64,000 bases of DNA from a bacterium (GTDB lineage Bacteria > Margulisbacteria > Marinamargulisbacteria > GCA-2716485 > JAYNIM01): contig JAYNIM010000004.1 of the NCBI GenBank assembly GCA_038109055.1, positions 67,858 to 131,857 of the forward strand. Direction: 5' to 3'. The translations under genes and the position numbers were made by a program. This document shows positions 39,222-48,890 of the stretch, piece after piece. The notes beneath the pieces are model-generated. The model worked only from the letters and a program-made list of their open reading frames with translations, was not told the origin of the DNA and did no database searches. Position 1 is the first letter of the stretch. Each line of letters opens with the position of its first letter.

Positions 39222-40160
39222 ATGAACCAAAGCAAAATTGCGGTGTCATCGGCCTCATTCTCTCAGTCAAATGATCTGGTTACTCTTCTTGAGCAACATT
39301 TTTCTCATGTTACCTATAATACGACGCGTCAGGTGTTATCAGAAGATGCACTCGTTGCGTGTATTGGCGATGCTGAGGCTGTTATCGTCGGGCAAGACAT
39401 TTTTAATGAAGATATATTGCTGGCATGCCCCTCATTAAAATTCATCGCTAAATATGGCGTTGGTATGGATAATATTGATGAAGTGGCCTGCGCGAAACAT
39501 GGTGTTCAGATTGGCTGGACAGGCGGAGTTAACCGACGTAGTGTGGCTGAAATGACCGTGGCCTTTATGCTTTCGCTTATTCGCAATCTATATTCAAGCT
39601 CTATCAAGCTTTCAGCTGGCCATTGGCATAAATCGGGTGGTATGCAGCTGAGTGGAAAAACGGTGGGTATTATTGGTATGGGGCATATAGGCAAAGAAGT
39701 AGTTGAGCTACTTCGTCCCTTTAACTGTCGTATTCTAGCCAATGATATTATTGATCAAGAGAGCTACTATCGTCACAATAACATTGAGCATTGTGATAAA
39801 GACGCTTTGCTTAAACGCTCAGATATCGTTACCTTGCATACCCCTTTAACAACACAAACTCAATATATAATTAACAAAGATTCACTAGGTCTGATGCAAC
39901 CAGACGCTTTTTTAATCAATACGGCACGAGGAAAACTAGTTGATATAAATGCCTTAAAACAGGCCTTAATCAATGGTGATATTTTAGGCGCTGCTTTAGA
40001 TGTTTATGAGGACGAACCCCCTACAGACTTGGATTTTTTACGCTTAGATAATCTTTTTTGTACGCCTCATATTGGTGGCAATGCCAAAGAAGCTGTGTTG
40101 GCGATGGGGCGGTCGGCTGTTTCACATTTAATTAATTTTTTCGGTAAACACACCTATTAA
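39222..40160 (+). CDS. D-2-hydroxyacid (phosphoglycerate) dehydrogenase family, no ACT domain
   Basis: KYGVGMDNID, GIIGMGHIG, INTARG, LDVYEDEP, TPHIGG; start moved to ATG 39222. Confidence 0.88.
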   Translation: MNQSKIAVSSASFSQSNDLVTLLEQHFSHVTYNTTRQVLSEDALVACIGDAEAVIVGQDIFNEDILLACPSLKFIAKYGVGMDNIDEVACAKHGVQIGWTGGVNRRSVAEMTVAFMLSLIRNLYSSSIKLSAGHWHKSGGMQLSGKTVGIIGMGHIGKEVVELLRPFNCRILANDIIDQESYYRHNNIEHCDKDALLKRSDIVTLHTPLTTQTQYIINKDSLGLMQPDAFLINTARGKLVDINALKQALINGDILGAALDVYEDEPPTDLDFLRLDNLFCTPHIGGNAKEAVLAMGRSAVSHLINFFGKHTY

Positions 40161-40222
40161 TTACTACTTATATTTCGGACTGATGTGTTATTTTAATATT
40201 TTACTATTTATAGTAATCTTAT

Positions 40223-41179
40223 ATGCTATCAGTTATGGCTATTAAAGAGCATGTAAGTTCAAATTCTTTCTTTAAATTTAACTCTAATCAACTTAAGGCC
40301 AATCCTTTATTAAATGCTGTCAACCTGATTTTTAGATTAATTAATAAACTTCTCAGATTTTCTTTAAAAATAGAGCTGAGGAAAGTCCGTCCTGAATGTG
40401 ATGATTATTTACTTTCTAAAATCGAAAGCAAAAAAATTAAGGCCCTTCAATTATCTTCCCTTAGCCAATATTTTAAGCGTTTTTTTAATTCATTAAATGT
40501 CAATATTAATAATTATGATTTTACAGCTATGATCAAAAAATATGATGACTTATTTTTTGATCATCCTATATCAAACTTGAATGGTGGCATGACATACAAT
40601 TCGGGTCTACTTACATTTTTATTCGTAAATATTATTAACCCTGATATTGTAATTGAATCTGGTGTATGGAAGGGCTTTAGTACATACCTAATTGATCATG
40701 CATCGTCTAGTCATTGTAAGATATTTTGCTTTGATATTAATTATTCAAAACTTGAATACCGCTCATCTAAAGCCACATATTTTGAACAAGACATAGAAAA
40801 TTCTACGATTAATTTTTCAGGAAAAAAAGTACTTGCTTTTTTTGATGACCATGTTTCTCATTATCATCGTTTATTATATTGTTTAAAGCAACAAGTTGAG
40901 CACATCATTCTTGATGATGATGTTCCTTTACAAGCTGTACATAGTGATGGTTGGCCACCAATACCCACTGCTAACATGCTCAAAAATTACGAAAAAATAC
41001 CCCATGAATTTGATTGGTTATCTCTAGGTAGACATGGTATGGCTGACATTTCTGGCCTTGATGCTAGCACTGTTATTTCAAAATTTCATTATGCTACTAT
41101 GTCAGATTTATTTCAGTTTACTGGCTTTAAAAACGGATCATTTACATCAATTTTATCCCGCTCTGACTTAGTAATTTAA
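40223..41179 (+). CDS. Hypothetical protein, methyltransferase-like fold
   Basis: PDIVIESGVWKGFST, FCFD, FFDDH. Confidence 0.5.
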   Translation: MLSVMAIKEHVSSNSFFKFNSNQLKANPLLNAVNLIFRLINKLLRFSLKIELRKVRPECDDYLLSKIESKKIKALQLSSLSQYFKRFFNSLNVNINNYDFTAMIKKYDDLFFDHPISNLNGGMTYNSGLLTFLFVNIINPDIVIESGVWKGFSTYLIDHASSSHCKIFCFDINYSKLEYRSSKATYFEQDIENSTINFSGKKVLAFFDDHVSHYHRLLYCLKQQVEHIILDDDVPLQAVHSDGWPPIPTANMLKNYEKIPHEFDWLSLGRHGMADISGLDASTVISKFHYATMSDLFQFTGFKNGSFTSILSRSDLVI

Positions 41180-41222
41180 TTTTACTCGACTACTTTTATT
41201 TATTCAAAGTAAGTTGTGTATT

Positions 41223-41426
41223 CATATCATCTAATTTAATTAAAGAATCTTTTATATACGTCTGCCTAAGACCTTTACTATCTGTAGAAACATGCTTTTT
41301 GTTATAATGCGTGCTGGCAAAAAAGGAAACATGAGGTCGCTATTCACCTGTATGTAATGCCCAACTGTAATCATCTAGTGATGGTATAAGCTCTATTAAT
41401 CTTTTTATTAAAATACTTATTGAAGA
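41223..41426 (-). pseudogene. Degenerate copy of the 5' end of the SGNH-like gene at 43779-44933
   Basis: Aligns by eye to 44700-44947; TGG>TAG at 41340-41342; ~44-bp deletion. Confidence 0.88.
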
Positions 41427-41573
41427 AAAGAGCTCAGCTTATGGAGTGGCTATTATTAACACCTAAATAATCATTGTTTTTACTATCAATCTTTTCTATC
41501 GAGATATATAAACAATATTCTTTTTAGTAAATGCGTCTAATTTCAAATATATTTTTTTAACTTTTAAACTCTT

Positions 41574-41693
41574 CTAAAAATGGGGATATATATCTTTGAA
41601 TTCTTTTTTATTTTTTCTTTTCTTATCTATCCATGATATGACAAAAGAAATAATGAAAATCACAAACAATATACTTAATATTACTTTTAACAT
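41574..41693 (-). CDS. Small single-TM protein (39 aa)
   Basis: MLKVILSILFVIFIISFVISWIDKKRKNKKEFKDIYPHF with AAGGA upstream; below the ORF-track cutoff. Confidence 0.6.
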   Translation of the reverse strand: MLKVILSILFVIFIISFVISWIDKKRKNKKEFKDIYPHF

Positions 41694-41730
41694 AGACCAT
41701 CCTTAATTATTTTTATCACTTATTTTTGCG

Positions 41731-41889
41731 TTATTTATTTTGCTTACTTGTATGCAAAAAATACGAATTTATTTGTTCATTCAGATTAACTGTTAAAAAC
41801 GCTTTCCCGGTGAAGATACTAACTACTTTAATTGGCAAAATTACCACAATATAAATAAAAATCAAACATGTATTACCTAAAATTTTCAT
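41731..41889 (-). CDS. Small membrane protein (52 aa), weakly SxtJ-like
   Basis: MKILGNTCLIFIYIVVILPIKVVSIFTGKAFL...SYF; begins 10 bp after the carbamoyltransferase stop. Confidence 0.5.
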   Translation of the reverse strand: MKILGNTCLIFIYIVVILPIKVVSIFTGKAFLTVNLNEQINSYFLHTSKQNK

Positions 41890-41899
41890 ACTTAGCCAA

Positions 41900-43753
41900 T
41901 CAATCTAATTCAAACTCTTTTTGCCATTCCAATGATTTATTTTGATTGGCTTGTTCAGGTTTATATAATATAAAGTTTTCTATAACCAAACAATCCATTT
42001 CAGTCCTCATAAAACAACGATAAGCATCCTTTGGTGTACATACAATGGGCTCTCCCCTGACATTAAATGAGGTATTAATTAATACTGGAACATTGGTTAA
42101 TTTATTAAATGCTGCTAGTAAATCATAATAACGTGGATTGCCATCTTGATTAACAGTTTGAACCCGTGCTGAGTAATCGACATGCGTTACGGCTGGAATT
42201 TCAGATCGTTTTGTTTTTAACAAATCAATACCCCATTCATTTTCATCTGATTGTTGAGTTAATTGTTTGTCTTTGTGTATATCAGTAACCAGCAGCATAT
42301 GAGGCGATTTACAATCTAGGTCAAACCACTCACTGACCTTTTCTTCAAGTACTGAAGGGGCAAATGGGCGGAAAGACTCACGATATTTAATTTTTAAATT
42401 CATAATTGACTGCATGGCTTCATTTCGAGGATCACCTAATATAGACCTCCCCCCTAATGCACGTGGGCCAAACTCCATTCTTCCTTGAAACCAACCCACT
42501 ACTTTTGCATTATTTAATTGCTCGGCTGTTGTTTCAATGAGCTGAGTATCAGACAAACGATGATAACAAGCTCCCAAAGATTGCAAGACCAATTCAACTT
42601 CTTTACAGCTATATTTTGGACCTAAATATGACCCATGATATTGCTGTGCTACATTATTTTTAATAACAGTATTATTAGATTGCTGATAAAAACTATACAA
42701 GGCCGCCCCTAACGCCCCTCCTGCATCGCCTGCTGCAGGTTGAATCCAAATATCTTTAAATACCTTTTCTTTTAGTAACTTACCATTTGCAACACAATTA
42801 AGCGCTACCCCACCCGCCAAGCATAAGTAATCTGCACCTGTTTGCTTTTTTATTGTTTTTGCTAATTTAATGACAATATCTTGTGTGACTTGTTGAATAG
42901 AATACGCTAGGTCCATTTCTTTTTGGCCTATCTTGGTCTCGGGCTTTCTGGGCGGTCCATCAAAAAGATCATGAAATGCTTGATTTGTCATACGTTGACC
43001 TATAGCAAAATCAAAGTACTTCATATTTAAGCGAAAACTACCATCTTCTTTTACATCAATTAAATACTTGTATATTGTATCGACATAGTTAGGCTTACCA
43101 TAAGGTGCCAGACCCATTAGTTTGTATTCCCCTGAGTTAACTTTAAATCCGGCATAATATGTAAAGGCTGAATACAATAAACCAATTGAATGGGGAAAGT
43201 TGATTTGCCATATCAAATCTAAATTTTGTTCTTTTCCTAGCCAAGCACTTGTTGTTGCCCACTCACCCACGCCATCCATACAAAGCACGGCAGCCGCGCT
43301 AAATGGACTGGGATAAAACGCGGATGCTGCGTGAGATTGATGATGATTAGTGCAATGAATTTTAGATTTCAATTCGGCTTTGCTTATTTTGTTATCAATC
43401 GCTAATAACTCTTTTGCTATACATTGTTTCATCCATAATTTTTCTTTAATCCAATTAGGGATGACATGTAAAAAGTGCCTGAAACTTTTTGGCGCGTATG
43501 CTATATATGTTGCTAAAAGACGCTTAAACGTCAATTTAGGATTATCATAAAAAACAATACGATCAACTTCTGATAATGTAACTATCTTTGCCTCTTTTAA
43601 GCAATATTTTATTGCATTGATTGGAAATGAGGGATCATGTTTTTTTCTTGTAAAGCGTTCTTCTTGTGCTGCTGCGATCACAATCCCATTTGATATCAAT
43701 GCCGCTGCACTGTCATGGTAATAAGCTGATATACCAAGAATTATTTTAGTCAT
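41900..43753 (-). CDS. O-carbamoyltransferase (NodU/CmcH family)
   Basis: ILGISAYYHDSAAA, QEERFTR.KH, GEYKLMGLAPYG, AGGVALNC, RESFRPFAP, NTSFNVRGEP. Confidence 0.95.
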   Translation of the reverse strand: MTKIILGISAYYHDSAAALISNGIVIAAAQEERFTRKKHDPSFPINAIKYCLKEAKIVTLSEVDRIVFYDNPKLTFKRLLATYIAYAPKSFRHFLHVIPNWIKEKLWMKQCIAKELLAIDNKISKAELKSKIHCTNHHQSHAASAFYPSPFSAAAVLCMDGVGEWATTSAWLGKEQNLDLIWQINFPHSIGLLYSAFTYYAGFKVNSGEYKLMGLAPYGKPNYVDTIYKYLIDVKEDGSFRLNMKYFDFAIGQRMTNQAFHDLFDGPPRKPETKIGQKEMDLAYSIQQVTQDIVIKLAKTIKKQTGADYLCLAGGVALNCVANGKLLKEKVFKDIWIQPAAGDAGGALGAALYSFYQQSNNTVIKNNVAQQYHGSYLGPKYSCKEVELVLQSLGACYHRLSDTQLIETTAEQLNNAKVVGWFQGRMEFGPRALGGRSILGDPRNEAMQSIMNLKIKYRESFRPFAPSVLEEKVSEWFDLDCKSPHMLLVTDIHKDKQLTQQSDENEWGIDLLKTKRSEIPAVTHVDYSARVQTVNQDGNPRYYDLLAAFNKLTNVPVLINTSFNVRGEPIVCTPKDAYRCFMRTEMDCLVIENFILYKPEQANQNKSLEWQKEFELD

Positions 43754-43778
43754 TATATTTTTAACTTATGGAAGATCA

Positions 43779-44933
43779 TTAAATAATGTCTTGAATTACT
43801 CTAGCACATATTTCATTGCCTCTATCTGTCATATGTTGTGTATCCCAAAAAATCCACTCATTTTTTATATCATATTTTTTTAATTCCTGATTCATATCAA
43901 AAAACATTATATTATGTGTTTGACAAATTTTTGTCATTTCTGCCTGGTACCACTTGTATAAATTTTCATCCATATCGTCTTTAACGACGCCATCTCTTTT
44001 TCTTCTTATATGATATAAATCAATTAATTCTTGTTCTTCCTTTGTTAATTTTTTATTACACCATTTATAATAAGGCTGCATGATATAAATAATCTCAAAT
44101 CCTAATTGTTTGGAAAGTATTTCCCAATTAGAAAAATTATTTTTTATTGGCTGAATAATATTCTTAACTTCCTTCTTATGATCTTGTATTTTATAAAATG
44201 CCGATTGATGCGTAGTTTGCTGCAGCTGCTTATATGTTATTTTTTTTCTTAAAAAATTTATCAATGGCTTAAGCTTAATGGTATTCATATCAATACCATA
44301 TTTTTTAATTTCTTTAGAATAAAAACTATCTATTAATTTTCTGATAACTCTTGAAATAAAAGAATGCTCTATATTTGGAACAAATGTTTTTCTAAAAAGT
44401 GAAGCATGATGTACAGTTCCAAAATCATTATTATATTTGTCACTCATAAAAAAAATTCTTATATCATTGTATCCACTAAACAATATAACTCTTTTTATAT
44501 TTTGAAATAAATGACGGTACATCATAAATAAAATTAATTCTTGGCCTCCAGTAAACCCATTAGCCCCAAAATTCACCCATTTACTTTGGTCATCTAAGTC
44601 AATGTTATTTAGATAAGATGGAATCGTTTTTTTATCGCTACTCGCGCCAGCTCCAAATGTTACAGAGCCTCCTAGCATAATGTTAATAGGTTGTGTTGCC
44701 ATATTATCTAATTTAATTAAAGAATCTTTTATATAAGTTTGCCTAAAACCTTTACTATCTGTAGAAACATGCTTTTTGTTATAATGCGTGCTAGCAAAAA
44801 AGGAAACATGAGGTCGCCATTCACCTGTATGTAATGCCCAATTGTAATCATCTACTGAAGGTATAAGTTCTAATAATCTTTTATAATCTTTATTCATTAG
44901 TTTAGATGGTAACAGAATGGCTTTTTTATTCAA
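43779..44933 (-). CDS. SGNH/GDSL hydrolase-like protein
   Basis: GFR, LGGSVTFG, FSGYND, DTQHMTDRGN. Confidence 0.72.
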   Translation of the reverse strand: MNKKAILLPSKLMNKDYKRLLELIPSVDDYNWALHTGEWRPHVSFFASTHYNKKHVSTDSKGFRQTYIKDSLIKLDNMATQPINIMLGGSVTFGAGASSDKKTIPSYLNNIDLDDQSKWVNFGANGFTGGQELILFMMYRHLFQNIKRVILFSGYNDIRIFFMSDKYNNDFGTVHHASLFRKTFVPNIEHSFISRVIRKLIDSFYSKEIKKYGIDMNTIKLKPLINFLRKKITYKQLQQTTHQSAFYKIQDHKKEVKNIIQPIKNNFSNWEILSKQLGFEIIYIMQPYYKWCNKKLTKEEQELIDLYHIRRKRDGVVKDDMDENLYKWYQAEMTKICQTHNIMFFDMNQELKKYDIKNEWIFWDTQHMTDRGNEICARVIQDII

Positions 44934-44962
44934 ATACTTATTGAAGAGAAGAAATTATTTTA

Positions 44963-46030
44963 TTATGTAGACACATACATGTAATTCTTTTTTGTAAATG
45001 CATCCAATTTTAAGTATATATCTCTTTCAAACTTATCAAAGTTTATATCTTTAAAAAAAAGAGGTAATTCATCTGGGTGATAGGTCGTTTTTAAGTCATA
45101 ACTAGCATAGCTAATGAGTGCTATTTTTGTTTTGTCTGAGTCTGGAAATTTCTTAAATTTCTCAACATAATTCTCAACTACTTTCTTCGGCATTTCTACA
45201 AATGAATACGCATTCATCAATAAATCTACTGAATCTCTAAAACACTCTATCTGCCACGGGGCTATACATAACACCTCCAATTCATCATTAGGAGTAAAGC
45301 GAAGTTCTTTTACATCTCTTAAACTTTCATAATCTTTAATTGCATTACCATAAAACGCTTTTAAATATTGTGTTCCCACATATAAGTTTGGTGGAATATC
45401 TAGATATAAAAATTTTTTGATATTTGGATAATTTTCTATTAATAAATGAATATTTACGCCAAACCCGGGACCAATTTCAAACACCGAAGATAATGACTTA
45501 AAATTAACTTTCTCACTCAAATGATCATGTTGGTCGAGTAACATTAAGTAATGAGCTGAATATCTTTTATCATTAATACACACGTTACATTCACTACCTC
45601 CCAATAACGAATAGGGCAGTTTATAATTATGTACTAAGTGTGCTGTTCTTGGAGACAAGTCTACAATTTCTTGTATATATTGATTACATCTTGTTGCGAA
45701 CCTTTTAGTACATGCAACTTGAGCGTCGTATACCCTATTTAAAGGGTACTGCTTTGTTAGCCAAGAAGCTATTTTTCGTTTCCATCCTAAGGTAAACCCG
45801 TCTCTAATATCAATGAGGGTATTATCAGCAAACTCATTACCAATATCGTTACTGTTTCCTCTGAAATATTTTAATCCATGTGTTATAAGCTGATCTGTTG
45901 CCGTTCTCGCTTTATCAACCCAATAAGGACCTGGATGATAAATAGCCGACTGCTGTTCTTGATCCTGAACCATGCATTTTAGTAGCTTAATATTATTTTT
46001 GATTTCTATTTTATTTTTTATTACTGACAT
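44963..46030 (-). CDS. Putative sugar O-methyltransferase
   Basis: VFEIGPGFG, LDIPPNLY, NAYSFVEM; start MSVIK (46030) has AGGAG upstream. Confidence 0.78.
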   Translation of the reverse strand: MSVIKNKIEIKNNIKLLKCMVQDQEQQSAIYHPGPYWVDKARTATDQLITHGLKYFRGNSNDIGNEFADNTLIDIRDGFTLGWKRKIASWLTKQYPLNRVYDAQVACTKRFATRCNQYIQEIVDLSPRTAHLVHNYKLPYSLLGGSECNVCINDKRYSAHYLMLLDQHDHLSEKVNFKSLSSVFEIGPGFGVNIHLLIENYPNIKKFLYLDIPPNLYVGTQYLKAFYGNAIKDYESLRDVKELRFTPNDELEVLCIAPWQIECFRDSVDLLMNAYSFVEMPKKVVENYVEKFKKFPDSDKTKIALISYASYDLKTTYHPDELPLFFKDINFDKFERDIYLKLDAFTKKNYMYVST

Positions 46031-46226
46031 TTTTTCTCCTTGATAGCCAATCATCAAAATAATCACTCCCCTCATAGGCCTTTAAGTCTTGATGACTATC
46101 AATCTCTAACCACTGTTGATGGGTTATGCAGGCTTTTATTGGGCAACAATCGTTAATAATCTGTTGTAAAAAATGGGTCATATCCATATTGTTGTAGGTA
46201 TTGCCTTTTTCTTCAAGGTATGAAGT
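46011..46226 (-). pseudogene. Orphan C-terminal tail of a LicC-like nucleotidyltransferase
   Basis: Manual translation YNNMDMTHFLQQIINDCCPIKACITHQQWLEIDSHQDLKAYE; no N-terminal domain upstream. Confidence 0.65.
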
Positions 46227-46924
46227 CTAATTAAATCTACCATCATTTTATTTTTTAAATGCGGTTCAATTTTACTGAATTGTAAAACTGATTTGCTATA
46301 CTCGAAAACTCCACATAAATCATAATAATCACTCCTAAGTAAATATCTAATTTTATATACTTTCCTGTAAAAAGAATGCAAACTTGCCAGGGGGTTCCGG
46401 ATGGTGCCTATAAAAAACAAATTTGGAAAATCTTCTAATAATAGTTTTATTTCACATAAGCTGTGTGCATGGTAATTTATGTATTTTACAGAACTTGGTT
46501 CATATCGGTTTAAATAGGCACAATGAATCAGCTAAAAAAATTCTTTTCTTGATATTTCTGATTTATTTTTAAAAAGGATTTCTTTAAATCTATTTATTCT
46601 TTTTTTAAACTCTAGTGGCGAAAGAGTAATATGTTTATCTCCATCCTTACCGAAGTATCCTGAAACACCTGCTCCTCCCCATCCTCCAAAATATCCAAAT
46701 TTTGTATTAAAAAGCGAAGAAAATCTCTTAATAAATTCATCGATAGTATTGTCAAAATAAGTCACATCCACTAATGCTATAGTTTTTGGAAGATGTGTAT
46801 ATATAGGCCCAAAGTATGGGAGAGTTAAAATTTCATTAACTCCGTCTAATAATGATTAGAGAAAAACTGACCCTGATCTCCCAAATGGACAGATGACAAT
46901 TAAATTATATTCTATATTTTTCAT
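46178..46924 (-). pseudogene. Sulfotransferase-family gene with two in-frame stops and 3' truncation
   Basis: ATG 46924, FGRSGSVFL*SLLDG (TAA 46856-58), second stop TAG 46532-34, later IGTIRNP, all in one frame. Confidence 0.8.
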
Positions 46925-47111
46925 TTATACCCTTTTTATACCTAATTTAGGTTTATTCATATTGAACTTCTACCATAGAATAAAAAGTTTATATATATAT
47001 TTCTTTTAATTTCTGTAAGAATTTGGAAGGCTCACATGACTGTATAATTAGGGTCAATATATGTATGTGTCTCTCAACATTGCATAAAAGCCTGTGTATA
47101 CTGTTGATTAT

Positions 47112-48878
47112 ATGAAACGAACATACCCCTCGCTTTCCAAGACCCTTCTTAAACAATATCCTCTGTATATTTTTCTGTTAACCGCTCTCATGCTATGTGT
47201 TATTTTTCTAGAGCTTCTTGCCATGCTTAGTCTTGCCCCTGTGATTGATTTATTGATTCATAAGGATGCAGCGCAATACAGTGGTATTACGAATCAACTG
47301 CTATCTATTTTTCACTTTTTTTCTCTCCCCTTTAATCTCCTCTCACTATTATCTCTTTTTGTTTTCTGTCATTTTTTCAAAGTTATTTTCTCTATCTTAT
47401 ATTTAAAGTGTTCGTATTATGTAAATTTTTCTGTTATTTATGATCTTATACATACTACTTTCACTGCTATTTTTTCTGCGTCATGGTCTTTTTTCTCTAA
47501 TAAAAAAGGAGGTGAATTTGTTAATTTATTACAACAACATATTTCTAAAACGGGCCTAACCGTTACTTATCTTGCTCAATTCTTTTCAGCACTTTTTCAA
47601 ATTTTTTTCTTTCTTTATTTGCCTTTCAGAATCTCATGGCAAGTAACCCTTACCGTTATTATCATGGGCGGTCTATCTTTTTCATTTTTGTACTTTTTTA
47701 ATAAACGGGTCCATTTTTATTCACAAAAAAACATTTTAACGAGTAATCAGTATCTTTCTTTTTTAAATGAAAGTTTAAACAGCCTTAAACTGATATTTAG
47801 CTTTTCAAAGCAAGCGAAAACAATTAAACGCTTATTACGCCTTTTTTCAAAAGATTATAAAATTGGGGTTCGTATCCAACTCCTTCAAAATACAGCTGAA
47901 CAGCTCTATCAACCTATTGGTTTTTTCTTGGTGGCAATTTCCTTACTATTCGCTAAAAATATTAATGTCCCTCTTAGTGACTTAACTGTTCTTTTATATG
48001 CGCTCATTCGTGTTATTGGTCCGTTTAGACATCTTTCTTTTTTGCGTTTATCTCTTTCAAATACACTTCCTTTTTATCATTCTATTGTTGATACTCAGTT
48101 AGAGGCATTGACTCATCCACAACCTACAGGAAAACATATTTTTTCTTCTTTTAGCCACTCACTCCAACTTTCATCTGTTTCATTTTCTTATCTATCTTCA
48201 ACACCCGTTTTAAAAAATGTTTCATTACAAATCAACAAAAATGACATGACCGCCTTTGTAGGCGCCTCTGGTGAAGGCAAATCAACTTTAATTGATCTTA
48301 TTGCCGGTTTTCATTCTCCGCAATCTGGCCATATATATATTGATAACATCCCTTTTTCACACTTTGATATCCACAGTTATCGCAAGAAAATTGGCTATGT
48401 GATGCAAGATAGTCCCCTATTTAATATGAGTGTCAAAGACAATCTATTGTGGGCAAATCCGAATGCGACACAATATGATATAGATTTTGCCTGTGAACAG
48501 GCCAACGCACTAGAATTTATTCATGACTTACCCCAAGGGTTTGACACGCTTTTAGGGGAGAGAGGACTTCGTTTATCTGGGGGCCAGTGTCAACGATTAG
48601 CTTTAGCAAGGGCCTTGGTGATTCAACCTGAGATCCTTATTTTGGATGAAGCTACTTCTTCCTTGGATTCTGGTTCTGAAAAAAAAATACAAGCGAGTAT
48701 CCAACAGCTTCAGGGTAAAATGACAGTCATTGTCATCGCACACAGACTTTCTACTATCAAACAGTCTGATCACATTTTTGTGATAAAAGCGGGTCAAATT
48801 GCCGAGTCTGGCACATACCAACAGCTACTCACCAATAAAGCACTCTTTGCCGATATGGTGGCGGAACAAAGCTTTTAA
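47112..48878 (+). CDS. ABC transporter permease/ATPase (MsbA/PglK-like glycan flippase)
   Basis: Multi-TM N-half; GASGEGKST, LSGGQ, ILDEATS, IAHRLST. Confidence 0.9.
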   Translation: MKRTYPSLSKTLLKQYPLYIFLLTALMLCVIFLELLAMLSLAPVIDLLIHKDAAQYSGITNQLLSIFHFFSLPFNLLSLLSLFVFCHFFKVIFSILYLKCSYYVNFSVIYDLIHTTFTAIFSASWSFFSNKKGGEFVNLLQQHISKTGLTVTYLAQFFSALFQIFFFLYLPFRISWQVTLTVIIMGGLSFSFLYFFNKRVHFYSQKNILTSNQYLSFLNESLNSLKLIFSFSKQAKTIKRLLRLFSKDYKIGVRIQLLQNTAEQLYQPIGFFLVAISLLFAKNINVPLSDLTVLLYALIRVIGPFRHLSFLRLSLSNTLPFYHSIVDTQLEALTHPQPTGKHIFSSFSHSLQLSSVSFSYLSSTPVLKNVSLQINKNDMTAFVGASGEGKSTLIDLIAGFHSPQSGHIYIDNIPFSHFDIHSYRKKIGYVMQDSPLFNMSVKDNLLWANPNATQYDIDFACEQANALEFIHDLPQGFDTLLGERGLRLSGGQCQRLALARALVIQPEILILDEATSSLDSGSEKKIQASIQQLQGKMTVIVIAHRLSTIKQSDHIFVIKAGQIAESGTYQQLLTNKALFADMVAEQSF

Positions 48879-48890
48879 CGTTAGGACTTT

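Noticed and set aside
39222..40160. Housekeeping serA
   Set aside because: Lacks the regulatory domain and sits in a glycan locus, so called at family level only
41731..43753. Saxitoxin cluster (SxtI/SxtJ-like genes)
   Set aside because: No sxtA-type PKS or amidinotransferase; the context is glycan modification
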